Source: an uncultured Pseudomonadota bacterium
Lineage (GTDB): Bacteria; Myxococcota_A; Polyangia; Fen-1088
Assembly: GCA_963847705.1 (NCBI GenBank)
Contig: CAWKBC010000027.1
Coordinates: forward strand, 256,001-320,000
Direction of reading: 5' to 3'
DNA length: 64,000 nucleotides
In this document: positions 30,540-40,107 of the stretch, one piece after another
Numbering within the stretch: the stretch's first letter is position 1
Layout: every line of letters begins with the position of its first letter
The notes under the pieces: model-generated
The model's database searches: none
What the model was told of the DNA's origin: nothing
The model's input: the letters and a program-made list of their open reading frames with translations, nothing else
Position numbers and translations under genes: made by a program

Positions 30540-32312
30540 TCACAGATCGATGACGAGATCGCGCGTCGGTCGCGAGCAGCAGACGAGCAGGTTGCCTTCG
30601 GCGGGACTGTCGAGCGGCTGGGGATCGTAGTCGACCGCCCCCGAGATCAACCCGCTCTCGCAGGTGTGACAGACGCCGCTGCGGCACGACCAGCGGACCG
30701 GAACGTCGCAGGCCTCGGCCAGCTCCAGGATGCTCTGGTAGGCGGAGGGCTTCCAGTGCGCCGCGACGCCGCTGCGGGCGAACGACACCACCGGACCGGT
30801 GTCGGCGTCCGCCTCGGGCAGGTGCGGCGGGCGGCGCGGGGCGGCGACGACGCCCGGGGTGATCGACTCGCTGCCGTCGAAGATCTCCAGGTGAATCCGC
30901 TGGGGCGCCACGCCGACCGAGACGAGCGCCTCCTTCATGTCGGCCATGAAGCGGGTCGGCCCGCAGAGGTAGGCGTCGGCCTCGGGTGGGACGCCGATCT
31001 CCTCGAAGGTCGACCGCGACAGGTGTCCGGCGGCGTCGAAATCCTCGCCCACCTTGTCGAGCGCGCCGGGCCTGCTGTAACAGACGTAGCTGCGACCGCG
31101 TGAGAGTGCGGTCATCAGGCGTCGCACTTCGGCGGCGAAGGGATGGTGCTCTCGATCGCGAGCGGCCTCGAGCCAGAGGACCTGCCGGGTCGAGCCGGCG
31201 GCCGCCAGCGCGTGCAGCATCGCCAGGACCGGCGTCGCGCCGATCCCCGCGCTGAGCAAGACCACCGGGCCCTCGCCCGACTGCAGGACGAAGCTGCCCC
31301 GCGGCGCGCTGACCTCGAGCGCGCCGCCCACCCCGACGTGGTCGCGCAGGTACGCGCCCGCCGCTCCGTTTGGCTCGATCTTCACGCTGATCCGATAACG
31401 CTCCGTGGATTGGGCTCCCGAGAGCGAGTAGCTGCGATAGAGCGTCCGGCCGTCGGCGCCCGGTCGGAGACGCAACACCACGTACTGTCCCGGCAGGGCG
31501 GCCGGGAGCGCCTGACCGTCCGCGCTCTGCATCGTCAGCGAGAGGACATCCGCCGACTCCTGCTCGCTCGCCGTCACCCGCAGCGGCCGAAAGCCGGGCT
31601 TGGCCGGATGCGCCGCCGCAGCCGGCGCCAGCCCCGCGTTGCCATCTCCCGCCCGGCCGGCGCCGCTCGTCGCGCTTTCCAGCAACGCCTGGAACGACGC
31701 GCGCCACCCCGGGGAAAGCGCGTCGATCCCCAACGCGCGCCGCAGCCGCTCGGGCGGGTGCTCGGACGAATAGAGGAGCGCGTTGATCTCCTCGACGGTC
31801 ATCCGCTCTTTCGCTTCTCCCACCTTCACGATCTCGTCGCCGGCGCCCACCTCGCCCTCCTCGAGGACGCGGAAGTAGAAGCCCGGCCGTCCGCTCGACG
31901 TCAACAGGGCCGGCATCCGGGCCTCGTTCATCCGGATGCCGACGCGGTAGCAGGTCACCCGCGGCTGGGTCACCTCGAAGAGGGCGCTGCCGATCCGATA
32001 GCGGTCGCCGATGCAGACGACGTCGTCGGTCAGGCCTTCGATGGTGAAGTTCTCGCCGAACTGTCCGGAGACGAAGTCGGCCCTCTTCAGCTGCTCTTCC
32101 CAGTGGCGATACGACTCGATCTGGTAGACGAAGACGGCGCGTTGCTCGCCGCCGTGACCGGCCAGATCGCCTTGACCGTCGCCGTCCAGATGCAGCCGGC
32201 CGACCCGGCAGCGGCCCGCCACGGGGTCCTTCCAGATCCCGGTGTGCACCGTGCGACCGTTCCAGGCGATGTCGCGCGGGAGACCCACGTTCACGGATAG
32301 TAGGCGCGCCAT
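30540..32312 (-). CDS. MOSC + FAD/NAD-binding reductase + 2Fe-2S ferredoxin protein
   Basis: FGENF, QPRVTC (MOSC); RSYSLS, AGIGATP, YLCGP; CRSGVCHTC...CC. Confidence 0.9.
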   Translation of the reverse strand: MARLLSVNVGLPRDIAWNGRTVHTGIWKDPVAGRCRVGRLHLDGDGQGDLAGHGGEQRAVFVYQIESYRHWEEQLKRADFVSGQFGENFTIEGLTDDVVCIGDRYRIGSALFEVTQPRVTCYRVGIRMNEARMPALLTSSGRPGFYFRVLEEGEVGAGDEIVKVGEAKERMTVEEINALLYSSEHPPERLRRALGIDALSPGWRASFQALLESATSGAGRAGDGNAGLAPAAAAHPAKPGFRPLRVTASEQESADVLSLTMQSADGQALPAALPGQYVVLRLRPGADGRTLYRSYSLSGAQSTERYRISVKIEPNGAAGAYLRDHVGVGGALEVSAPRGSFVLQSGEGPVVLLSAGIGATPVLAMLHALAAAGSTRQVLWLEAARDREHHPFAAEVRRLMTALSRGRSYVCYSRPGALDKVGEDFDAAGHLSRSTFEEIGVPPEADAYLCGPTRFMADMKEALVSVGVAPQRIHLEIFDGSESITPGVVAAPRRPPHLPEADADTGPVVSFARSGVAAHWKPSAYQSILELAEACDVPVRWSCRSGVCHTCESGLISGAVDYDPQPLDSPAEGNLLVCCSRPTRDLVIDL

Positions 32313-32379
32313 GTTGCTTGGGCCGGCTGCTTCTTCAGTAAGGCCGAGGGGCCGCACCCGCAAGCGGTGGCGCTGGCGG

Positions 32380-33330
32380 TCACGTTCCCAGGCCCACCCC
32401 GGTCCACCCTTCGGTGAGAGCCCACAACCTCTCGGCGGCGTCGGGATCCATCGCCCAGGGCCGCACGCCGCCGAGCTGGGTCGCGTCGGCGGCGACGGGG
32501 GTCGCGATGTCGGCGTCCTCGCAGTAGACGCCACCCATGCCGTCGAGCTGCGGGCTGGTCGCGCACCAGACGCTGGTGGCAGCGCCCTGTTCGGTCGTCT
32601 TGTAGGTCGTGCCGGCCAGGCGCGCGCGGAGGGCCTGCAGCTCCTCGGCGGCGATCGAACGCACCAGATCGGTCATGACGGCGCCCGGGTGGACGGCGAA
32701 GGCGCGGATGCGCCGCGGCTCGCCCCGCGCGTCCAGGGCCAGGGCGAAGAGGGCGTTGGCGGTCTTCGACTGTCCGTAGGCGACCCACTTGTCGTAGGGG
32801 CGCCGTTCGAACTGCGGGTCGTCGAAGTCGATGCCGGCGCGGCTGTGCCCGCGGGACGACAGCGCCACCACGCGGGCGCCCCCGGCCGCCCGCAAGGCCG
32901 GCCAGAGGCGCGCCGTCAGCTGGAAGTGGCCGATGTGGTTGGTGGCCAGCTGCGACTCGAACCCGCGCGCGTCGCGCGCCAGCGGAGGCGCCATGATCCC
33001 GGCGTTGTTCACCAGCATGTGCAGCGGCCGGTCCGAGGCGATGAAGCGCGCTGCAAACGCGTCGATGGAGGCGGGGTCGAGCAGATCGAGCCGGTCGACC
33101 TCGACGCGCGCCAGCCCGGCCACCGCTGCGCGCGCCGGCTCCAGGGCCCGCGCGCCCACGATCACCGTCGCGCCGGCCCCGGTCAGCGCGCGGGTGGTCT
33201 CGAGGCCGATCCCGGCGTGACCGCCGGTGACGAGGGCGAAGGCGCCGCTCAGGTCCCGGCCCCCGAGGGCCTGCCGGGCGGTGGTCTGTTCGCCGAAGCC
33301 CGAATGGATGGGTGCCTGAATGCTTCGCAT
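32380..33330 (-). CDS. SDR family oxidoreductase
   Basis: TGGHAGIG, NNAG, YGQSK, HPG. Confidence 0.92.
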   Translation of the reverse strand: MRSIQAPIHSGFGEQTTARQALGGRDLSGAFALVTGGHAGIGLETTRALTGAGATVIVGARALEPARAAVAGLARVEVDRLDLLDPASIDAFAARFIASDRPLHMLVNNAGIMAPPLARDARGFESQLATNHIGHFQLTARLWPALRAAGGARVVALSSRGHSRAGIDFDDPQFERRPYDKWVAYGQSKTANALFALALDARGEPRRIRAFAVHPGAVMTDLVRSIAAEELQALRARLAGTTYKTTEQGAATSVWCATSPQLDGMGGVYCEDADIATPVAADATQLGGVRPWAMDPDAAERLWALTEGWTGVGLGT

Positions 33331-33420
33331 GCCTCGAAATCTAGTCGAGTCGGCGCGCCCGGCAACCAGCGCTCGCTGGCGGTTGGCGGTACGCCGTGGA
33401 ACGTTTGCCGCTAATCTTCG

Positions 33421-33993
33421 GTGATGCCTCCCAAGGATGGAGCTCCGGTCCCTCGACCGTCACTCTTCGCCGGGCGCGGCGTGGTCGGGACTATTGCCTG
33501 GGTCGCCTCGTCGGTGGTCGCCGTTGCGACCACGGTGATCGCGGCGAGGCAGGGGCGCGGATGGGGTGCGGCCCTGGCCGCCGTCGCGCTCGCCACCGGC
33601 TACCTGTTCATCCCCTGGATCAGGGCGGCCGGGGACCGGGCCAACGCCAGGCATCGCCGGCAACTGGAAGGGACGCTGACCGTCGACGAATGGGGCGTCA
33701 AGCGGGTCGGCAAAGACTTCCAGGAGGAGATCGCCTGGAAGGATCTGGCCTGGGTCCGCATCTACACGACCAGCGACGGGCCGGGCGCCGAAGACTTCTT
33801 CTTCGCGCTCGGAGGGGCCAGCGGAAAAGGGTGCCTGGTCCCCAACAGCCTCGCCACGACGTCAGGCCTTCTGGCGACGTTGCAGCAGCGTTTGCCCGGC
33901 CTCGACCATGCGGAGCTCGCCCGGGCGGCCGGCTCGGTGACCGAGGCCTGGTTCACCGTCTGGACGCGTGCGGAGGAGACGCCAGGGACGTAA
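33421..33993 (+). CDS. Hypothetical membrane protein (two TM plus PH-like domain)
   Basis: Two hydrophobic segments; EEIAWKDL..V.I.TTSDGP..ED. Confidence 0.65.
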   Translation: MMPPKDGAPVPRPSLFAGRGVVGTIAWVASSVVAVATTVIAARQGRGWGAALAAVALATGYLFIPWIRAAGDRANARHRRQLEGTLTVDEWGVKRVGKDFQEEIAWKDLAWVRIYTTSDGPGAEDFFFALGGASGKGCLVPNSLATTSGLLATLQQRLPGLDHAELARAAGSVTEAWFTVWTRAEETPGT

Positions 33994-34079
33994 GCCGATC
34001 GAGCGGAGGTCCGCGGTGGCGTTCGCTTGCGCGGCGCCGTCCAACAGCGGTTGCCAGCAGGAACCGAGCTCTGGGCGCC

Positions 34080-35456
34080 TCAGCCTGCCGCGCGCAGGTG
34101 CCAGGCCTTGGGTTGCAAGAAGGCGCGGATGCCGTGGGTCGACAGCGTCGAGCCGACGCCCGAGTGGCCGCGGCCCGTCCAGGGGAGCCCCGGCGAGACG
34201 CGATCGCAGCAGTTCCAGTAAGCCGATCCTACGCGCACCTGTCGCAGCAAGCCCTGAGCGCGCGCGCGGCTCTTGGTGTAGACGGCCGCCGTGAGGCCGT
34301 ACTCGGTGTCGTTCATGAGGCGCACCGCCTCGTCGTCCGAGGCGACCGTCTGGATGCCGATGACGGGGCCGAAGCTCTCTTCGCGCATGAGCGCCATGTC
34401 GGAGGTGACGCCGGTGAGGACGGTCGGCTGGAACCACCAGCCCTTGCGGGTCTCGTCGCGGTGACCGCCCACCAGGACCTTGGCGCCCTTGGCGACGGCG
34501 TCGGCCACCTGCTGCTCGAGCACCTCGAGCTGCTGTCGCCGCGCCAGCGGGCCGATGTACGTCTTGAGGTCGAGCGGATCGCCGGCGATGAAGCCGCGCA
34601 CCGTTTCGAGGAAGGCGTCGATGAACGGGCGCGCCACCTTCTCGTGGACGTAGATGCGCTCGACCGAGCAGCAGCTCTGGCCGGCGTTGTACATGGCGCC
34701 GTCGGCGAGCGAGGCGGCGGCCGCCGCGACGTCGACGTCGTCGGCGACGTAGGCCGGATCCTTGCCTCCGAGCTCGAGCTGCACCTTCATCATGCGGCCC
34801 GCGGTCGCCTCGGCGATCTTCTTGCCCGTGCCGTAGCTGCCGGTGAAGAAGAGGCCGTCGATCGGCTGCGCCAGCAGCGCCGCGCCGACGGCGCCGCCGC
34901 CGACCAGCACCTGAAACACGTCGCGCGGCACGCCGGCCTGGTGCCACAGCTCGCCGAGCGCCAGCCCGGTGCGCGTGGTCAGCTCCGACGGCTTGTAGAG
35001 GACGGCGTTGCCCGTGAGGAGCGCCGGCACGAAGACGTTCGAGCCGACGAAGTAGGGATAGTTCCAGGCCGAGATGTTGGCGACCACGCCCAGCGGCTCC
35101 CAGCCGATGCGCTCCTCGGTTGCGCCGGCGCCGGCCGCCTGGACCACCTCGTCCTCGAGGACGCGCCCGGCGTTGGCCAGGAAGAAGTCGACCCGGCCGG
35201 CGAGGGCGTTGAGCTCGTTGAGCGCCTGCTGCAGCGGCTTGCCCATCTCCTCGGTGAGCGTGCGGGCCAGGCGATCCTTGTTCTCGGCGACGAGCGCGTT
35301 CCATTTCGCGACGGCACGGTGGCGCGTCTCGAAGGGGGTCGCCCACCAGCCGGGCTGCGCGGCGCGCGCCGCGGCGGCCTTCTGCGCGACGGTGGCGGCG
35401 GTGTCCTCGGGCACGTCGGCGATGACTTCGGTGGTGGCAGGGTTGACGATCTTCAT
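34080..35456 (-). CDS. Aldehyde dehydrogenase
   Basis: Starts MKIVNPAT; AWNYP, YKPSE, FTGS, LELGGKDP, GQSCC, EESFGP. Confidence 0.93.
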   Translation of the reverse strand: MKIVNPATTEVIADVPEDTAATVAQKAAAARAAQPGWWATPFETRHRAVAKWNALVAENKDRLARTLTEEMGKPLQQALNELNALAGRVDFFLANAGRVLEDEVVQAAGAGATEERIGWEPLGVVANISAWNYPYFVGSNVFVPALLTGNAVLYKPSELTTRTGLALGELWHQAGVPRDVFQVLVGGGAVGAALLAQPIDGLFFTGSYGTGKKIAEATAGRMMKVQLELGGKDPAYVADDVDVAAAAASLADGAMYNAGQSCCSVERIYVHEKVARPFIDAFLETVRGFIAGDPLDLKTYIGPLARRQQLEVLEQQVADAVAKGAKVLVGGHRDETRKGWWFQPTVLTGVTSDMALMREESFGPVIGIQTVASDDEAVRLMNDTEYGLTAAVYTKSRARAQGLLRQVRVGSAYWNCCDRVSPGLPWTGRGHSGVGSTLSTHGIRAFLQPKAWHLRAAG

Positions 35457-36238
35457 GGGGTCCTTCCGGAGGGTGAGGGAGATGCCGCGTCGACGGCCGA
35501 GAGAAAGGCGTCGAGCAGGGGGCGCGGACTCAGGAGTCCAGGCCCGGTTTGGTAGATGAACTCGGGGTGCCACTGCACGCCGTAGGCGAAGGCGCCCGTG
35601 CCGTCGTCGAGCCGCACCGCCTCGACGACGCCGTCGGGCACCGAGCGCGCCTCGACGATGAGCCCGCGCCCGAGGTGGTTGAGCCCCTGATGGTGGACGC
35701 TGTTGACGCGCGGTGGCCCCGCTGCGCCCGCGTACCAGCGCGCCAGCGCCGACCCCGGCTCGATGGCCAGCTCGTGGGCGTGCTGATCGTAGACGTCCCA
35801 GTTGCGGTGGACGCGCCGGCCGGGGTGCAAGGTCTCGATGTCCTGAAAGAGCGTCCCGCCCAGGGTGACGTTGAGGACCTGTGCGCCCCGGCAGACGCCG
35901 AGGAGCGGCTTCTTGCGCGCCAGAAAAGCCCGCACCAGCTGCATCTCGTACTGGTCGCGCCTGGCGTCGCCCGACCACTCCGGGCGGGCCGGCTCCTCGC
36001 CGTAGTGCTCGGGGGCCATGTCCGAGCCCCCCTGCAGGACCAGGCCGTCGACGCTGTCGACGAGATCCTCGATGGTGACCGCGGAGGCCGGGCGCGGCAG
36101 CATCACCGGCAGGGCGCCGCCCGACATGATCCAGGCCAGCATCGACTCCTCGGCGTAGAGGAGCGTCTTGCCCTTGAAGATGGCCCGCTGCGGATCGGCG
36201 TGGAAGAAGCAGGCCGAGACGCCGATGCGCGGCTTCAT
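35453..36238 (-). CDS. Gamma-glutamyl-GABA hydrolase-like (peptidase C26, PuuD family)
   Basis: LQGGSD, GVCRGAQ, VNSVHHQG, VQWHPE. Confidence 0.9.
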   Translation of the reverse strand: MKPRIGVSACFFHADPQRAIFKGKTLLYAEESMLAWIMSGGALPVMLPRPASAVTIEDLVDSVDGLVLQGGSDMAPEHYGEEPARPEWSGDARRDQYEMQLVRAFLARKKPLLGVCRGAQVLNVTLGGTLFQDIETLHPGRRVHRNWDVYDQHAHELAIEPGSALARWYAGAAGPPRVNSVHHQGLNHLGRGLIVEARSVPDGVVEAVRLDDGTGAFAYGVQWHPEFIYQTGPGLLSPRPLLDAFLSAVDAASPSPSGRTP

Positions 36239-36278
36239 GGGAGCTGGCCCGGGAGCTGGCTCGCGGTTTCGCCCGCCA

Positions 36279-37470
36279 TCATCCGAGCGCCTCCTCGAAG
36301 AGCTTGCGGAAGTCCTGCGCCGTCACCGGCTGGCGCGGCCCGAAGGTGTGGCAGACGTCGGCCAGCGCGTTGTCGACCAGGGCCGCCACCTGCGCGTCGG
36401 TGACGCCCACGTCCCGCAGCGAGCGCGGGATGCCGAGCTCGCCGCGGAAGGCGTCGAGCCAGGCGATGAAACCGTCGGCCGTCGCGTCCTTGGCGCCCAC
36501 GGTCGCCGCCATGGTCGCCATCTTGGCGGCGCTGACCGGCTTGTTGAAGCGCATGCCGGCGACGATCATGATGCCGTTGGCCAGGCCGTGGTGCAGGTCC
36601 GCCACCGTGGAGAGCGAGTGCGCGCAGGAGTGCACCAGGCCCAGGTCCTTCTGGAAGGCCACCGCGCCCATCATGGCGGCGCAGAGCATCTCGCCGCGCG
36701 CGTCGACGTGGGATGGATCGGCGAGCGCGGCGCTGTCGCCCGCCTCGACCCGCTTGGCGAAGGCGACGGCACGCGGCAGCGAGCGCGCGATGAGCCGCAG
36801 CCCCTCGAGCGCGATGCCGTCGCACATCGGGTGGAACATCGGATGGAGGTAGCTCTCGACGCAGTGGGTGAGGGCGTCCATGCCGGTCGCGGCCGTCACC
36901 TTCGACGGCAGCGACAGCGTCAGCTCGGGGTCGAGGAAGACGCGCTTGGCCAGCAGCTTGGGGGAGAAGACGATCTTCTTCTGGTGGGTGACGTCGTCGG
37001 AGACCACCGCGCTGCGCCCGACCTCGCTGCCCGTGCCCGCCGTGGTCGGCACCGTGAAGATGGGCGGCACCTCGAGATCGATGGGGCGCGGTTTGGGCAA
37101 AAACGCGTCGTACTCGAGCAGCCTGCCGGGATGCTTGGCCAGCACGGCGACGCACTTGGCGACGTCGAGCGCCGCGCCGCCGCCGATGGCCACGATGCCG
37201 TCGGCGCGGTGGGCCTGGTAGGCGACGGCGCCGGCTTCGGCCTGCGAGGCGGTCGGGTTGCCCCAGATGCCGCCGAAGACCTCCACCGCCAGGCCGGCGT
37301 CGGCCAGGGCGCGCGCCGGACCGGTCACCGGCGGCAAGCTCACCGATCCCCTTGTCGGTGACGATGAGCGGCCGCGCCACCCCGAACTCGCGCAGCGTCT
37401 CGGCGAGCAGGGCCACGGCGCCGGGGCCGTACTTGATGGGCGTGGGGAAGTTGAACTGGACGATCGACAT
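36279..37470 (-). CDS. Iron-containing alcohol dehydrogenase, frameshifted near 37345
   Basis: MSIVQFNFPT...LIVTDKG in one frame; GGGAALDVAK, PTTAGTGSE, GMDALTH, HSCAH, HHG in the next frame. Confidence 0.85.
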
Positions 37471-37514
37471 GAGGAGGCTCCGCTTCAGGTGAGGGTGCAG
37501 GGACAGGTGATCGA

Positions 37515-38900
37515 CTAGATAATCTCGAAGTAGCGCTCCAGCTCCCAGGATGTCACGGCGGTCTGGGACTGGCGCCACTCCCACAGGCGCGTCGCCGCGA
37601 AGTGCTCGACGAAGGGCGCGCCGAAGATCTCGCGCGCCGCCGCCGAGGCCGCGAAGCGGGTGGCCGCCTCGTGCAGGTTGGCGGGCAGCTTGACGGCCGC
37701 CTCGTCGGCGTAGCCGTTGCCTGCCACCGGGCCGGCGGGCAGCTCCAGCTGGTGCTCGATGCCGTAGAGGCCGCTGCCGAGCGCCGCCGCCAGCGCCAGG
37801 TAGGGGTTGACGTCGGAGCCCGAGACGCGCGTCTCGAGGCGGGTGGACCTGGCGCTGGCCGGGATCACCCGGAAGGCCGTGGTGCGGTTGTCGACGCCCC
37901 AGTTGGCGCGCGTGGGGGCCCAGGCGCCCTCCACCAGGCGCTTGTAGCTGTTGACGGTGGGCGCGAACATCGGCAGCAGCTCCGGCAGGAGGCGCACCTG
38001 CCCGGCCAGGTAGTGACGGAAGGTCGCGCTCATCTTGTGGGGAGCGGCGCCGTCATAGAAGACGTTGTCGCCGGCGCCGTTCCAGAGCGACTGGTGAATG
38101 TGGCCCGAGCAGCCGGGGAGCTTCTCGTTCCACTTGGCCATGAAGCTCGGCATGATCCCGAACCGGTGGCCGATCTCCTTGGCCGACGTCTTGAAGAGGA
38201 CGGCGCGGTCGCCGGCCTCCAGCGCGTCGCCGTAGAGCAGCGCCGCCTCGTAGACGCCGGGTCCCGTCTCCGTGTGCAGCCCCTCGATGGGGACGCCGAA
38301 GGCGCTGAGCTCGTCCATGAGCGCGTTCATGAAGGGGCGGTTCTGTCCGGCGCGCAGGATCGAGTAGCCGAACATGCCGGGCGTGAGCGGCTCGGGGCGG
38401 ATGTAGCCCTTGTCGCGCCACGACTGCGGCGTCTCGCGGAAGTTGAACCACTCGAACTCCATGCCGCAGGCGGGCCGCAGCCCCTTGGTGGCGGCGCGCG
38501 CGACCATCGCCTTCAGGAGCTGGCGCGGGCAGATGGGGAGCGGCGTCGTGCCGTCGGCCTCGACGAACTCGCCCAGGAAGAAGGCGACGTCCCCGTCCCA
38601 GGGGACCCGGCGGTAGGTCGACAGGTCGAGGCGCACGGGCGCATCGGGGTAGCCGGTGTGCCAGCCGGTGTAGCGGACGTCGTCGTAGCAGACGTCGCTC
38701 GAGTCCCAGCCCAGCACCACGTTGCAGAAGCCGAGGCCGCCCTTCACGGCGGAGAAGAACTTCTCCTTGGCCAGGTACTTGCCGCGCAGGATGCCGTCGG
38801 TGTCGGTGACGGCGATCTTGACCTTCACCTGCGGGTCGCGCCGGATCTCCTCGAGCACGTCGGCCGGGGATTTCACCGCGTCACCGTCGGAGGATGGCAT
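37515..38900 (-). CDS. Glutamine synthetase-like gamma-glutamyl-amine ligase (PuuA/GlnA4 type)
   Basis: DTDGILRGK, GMEFEW, HTETGPGVYE, GCSGHIHQS, NSYKRL, WGVDNRT, RLETR. Confidence 0.88.
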   Translation of the reverse strand: MPSSDGDAVKSPADVLEEIRRDPQVKVKIAVTDTDGILRGKYLAKEKFFSAVKGGLGFCNVVLGWDSSDVCYDDVRYTGWHTGYPDAPVRLDLSTYRRVPWDGDVAFFLGEFVEADGTTPLPICPRQLLKAMVARAATKGLRPACGMEFEWFNFRETPQSWRDKGYIRPEPLTPGMFGYSILRAGQNRPFMNALMDELSAFGVPIEGLHTETGPGVYEAALLYGDALEAGDRAVLFKTSAKEIGHRFGIMPSFMAKWNEKLPGCSGHIHQSLWNGAGDNVFYDGAAPHKMSATFRHYLAGQVRLLPELLPMFAPTVNSYKRLVEGAWAPTRANWGVDNRTTAFRVIPASARSTRLETRVSGSDVNPYLALAAALGSGLYGIEHQLELPAGPVAGNGYADEAAVKLPANLHEAATRFAASAAAREIFGAPFVEHFAATRLWEWRQSQTAVTSWELERYFEII

Positions 38901-39004
38901 GTTTGGATCGAAACACGCCGGGGTCGGAAAGCCAAGCGACACTCGTGTTTCGTCGGCGCCGGCCGGCCGCGCCGGTGAGTCAGCTCGGCCGGCCGCGCCG
39001 TCGG

Positions 39005-40051
39005 TCAGAACGCGGCGTCGAGCGTCACCTCGCCGACCACGCCCACCTGGTAGGCGGAGACCCGGCGCTCGAAGAAGTTGGCGACCTCCTGCACGTCCTG
39101 AAGATCCATGAAGGCGAGGGGGTTCCGCACGCCGTACTGCTTGGGCAGGCCCAGCGTCGCCAGGCGCTGATCGGCGCAGAACTCGAGGTACTGCCGGACC
39201 TCGCCGATCGAGAGGCCCACGACCCCCTTGCCCAGCAGATCCTCGGCGAACTGCGTCTCGCAGGCCACGGCGTCGTCGAACATCTCGGCCACGGCGCGCC
39301 GCATGTCCGGGTCGAACAGATCGGCCTCTTCGCTGCGGATGGTCCTGGCCACCTCGAAGGCGAACGCCATGTGGGCGCTCTCGTCGCGGAAGACCCAGTT
39401 GGTCCCGCCCGCCAGCCCGTGCAAGAGGCCGCGGGAGCGCAGGAAGTAGACGTAGGCAAAGGCCCCGAAGAAGAAGAGCCCCTCGACGCAGCCGGCGAAG
39501 CAGATCAGGTTGAGCAGGAACTGCTGGCGCTGGGCGCGCGTCTCCAGGCGGTTCAGGTCGGCGGTGGCGTCGAGCCAGCGGAGGCAGAAGTCCGCCTTCT
39601 TCCGGATCGAGGGGATGTTCTCCACGGCGGCGAAGGCGCGGTGGCGCTCCTCTGGATCGGGCACGTAGGTGTCGAGCAGGGTGAGATAGAACTGAACGTG
39701 CAGCGCCTCCTCGTAGAGCTGCCGCGAGAGGTACATCCGGGCCTCCGGCGCGTTGATGTGCCGGTAGAGGTTCAGCACCAGGTTGTTGGCCACGATCGAG
39801 TCGCCGGTGGCGAAGAAGGCGACCAGGCGATGCACCAGGTGGCGCTCGGCGTCGGTCATCTTGGTCTGCAGATCGCTGACGTCCGTCGAGAAGTCGACCT
39901 CCTCGACCGTCCAGGTGTTCTTGATCGCGGCCCGGTACATCTCGAAGAAGCGCGGGTACGCCATCGGCCGCAGGGTGAGGCACAACCCCGGATCGAGCAG
40001 ACGCGCCGGTCGGCGCGTGGACGGAGCTGGGCTCGGCCCAGCGGAGTCCAT
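39005..40051 (-). CDS. nrdB: Class I ribonucleotide reductase small subunit
   Basis: FFATGDSIV, EEALHVQFY (radical Tyr), VEGLFF, RDESAH, NFFERRV. Confidence 0.93.
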   Translation of the reverse strand: MDSAGPSPAPSTRRPARLLDPGLCLTLRPMAYPRFFEMYRAAIKNTWTVEEVDFSTDVSDLQTKMTDAERHLVHRLVAFFATGDSIVANNLVLNLYRHINAPEARMYLSRQLYEEALHVQFYLTLLDTYVPDPEERHRAFAAVENIPSIRKKADFCLRWLDATADLNRLETRAQRQQFLLNLICFAGCVEGLFFFGAFAYVYFLRSRGLLHGLAGGTNWVFRDESAHMAFAFEVARTIRSEEADLFDPDMRRAVAEMFDDAVACETQFAEDLLGKGVVGLSIGEVRQYLEFCADQRLATLGLPKQYGVRNPLAFMDLQDVQEVANFFERRVSAYQVGVVGEVTLDAAF

Positions 40052-40107
40052 CGCGGGAGGGTGCGGGAACCCTCCCAGGGTTCCCGCGGATGAATGTCCC
40101 ACGCCGC

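Noticed and set aside
39005-40051. Metal-free (Ie) or Mn/Fe (Ic) R2
   Set aside because: Asp first ligand, both ExxH motifs, the middle Glu and the radical Tyr are all present
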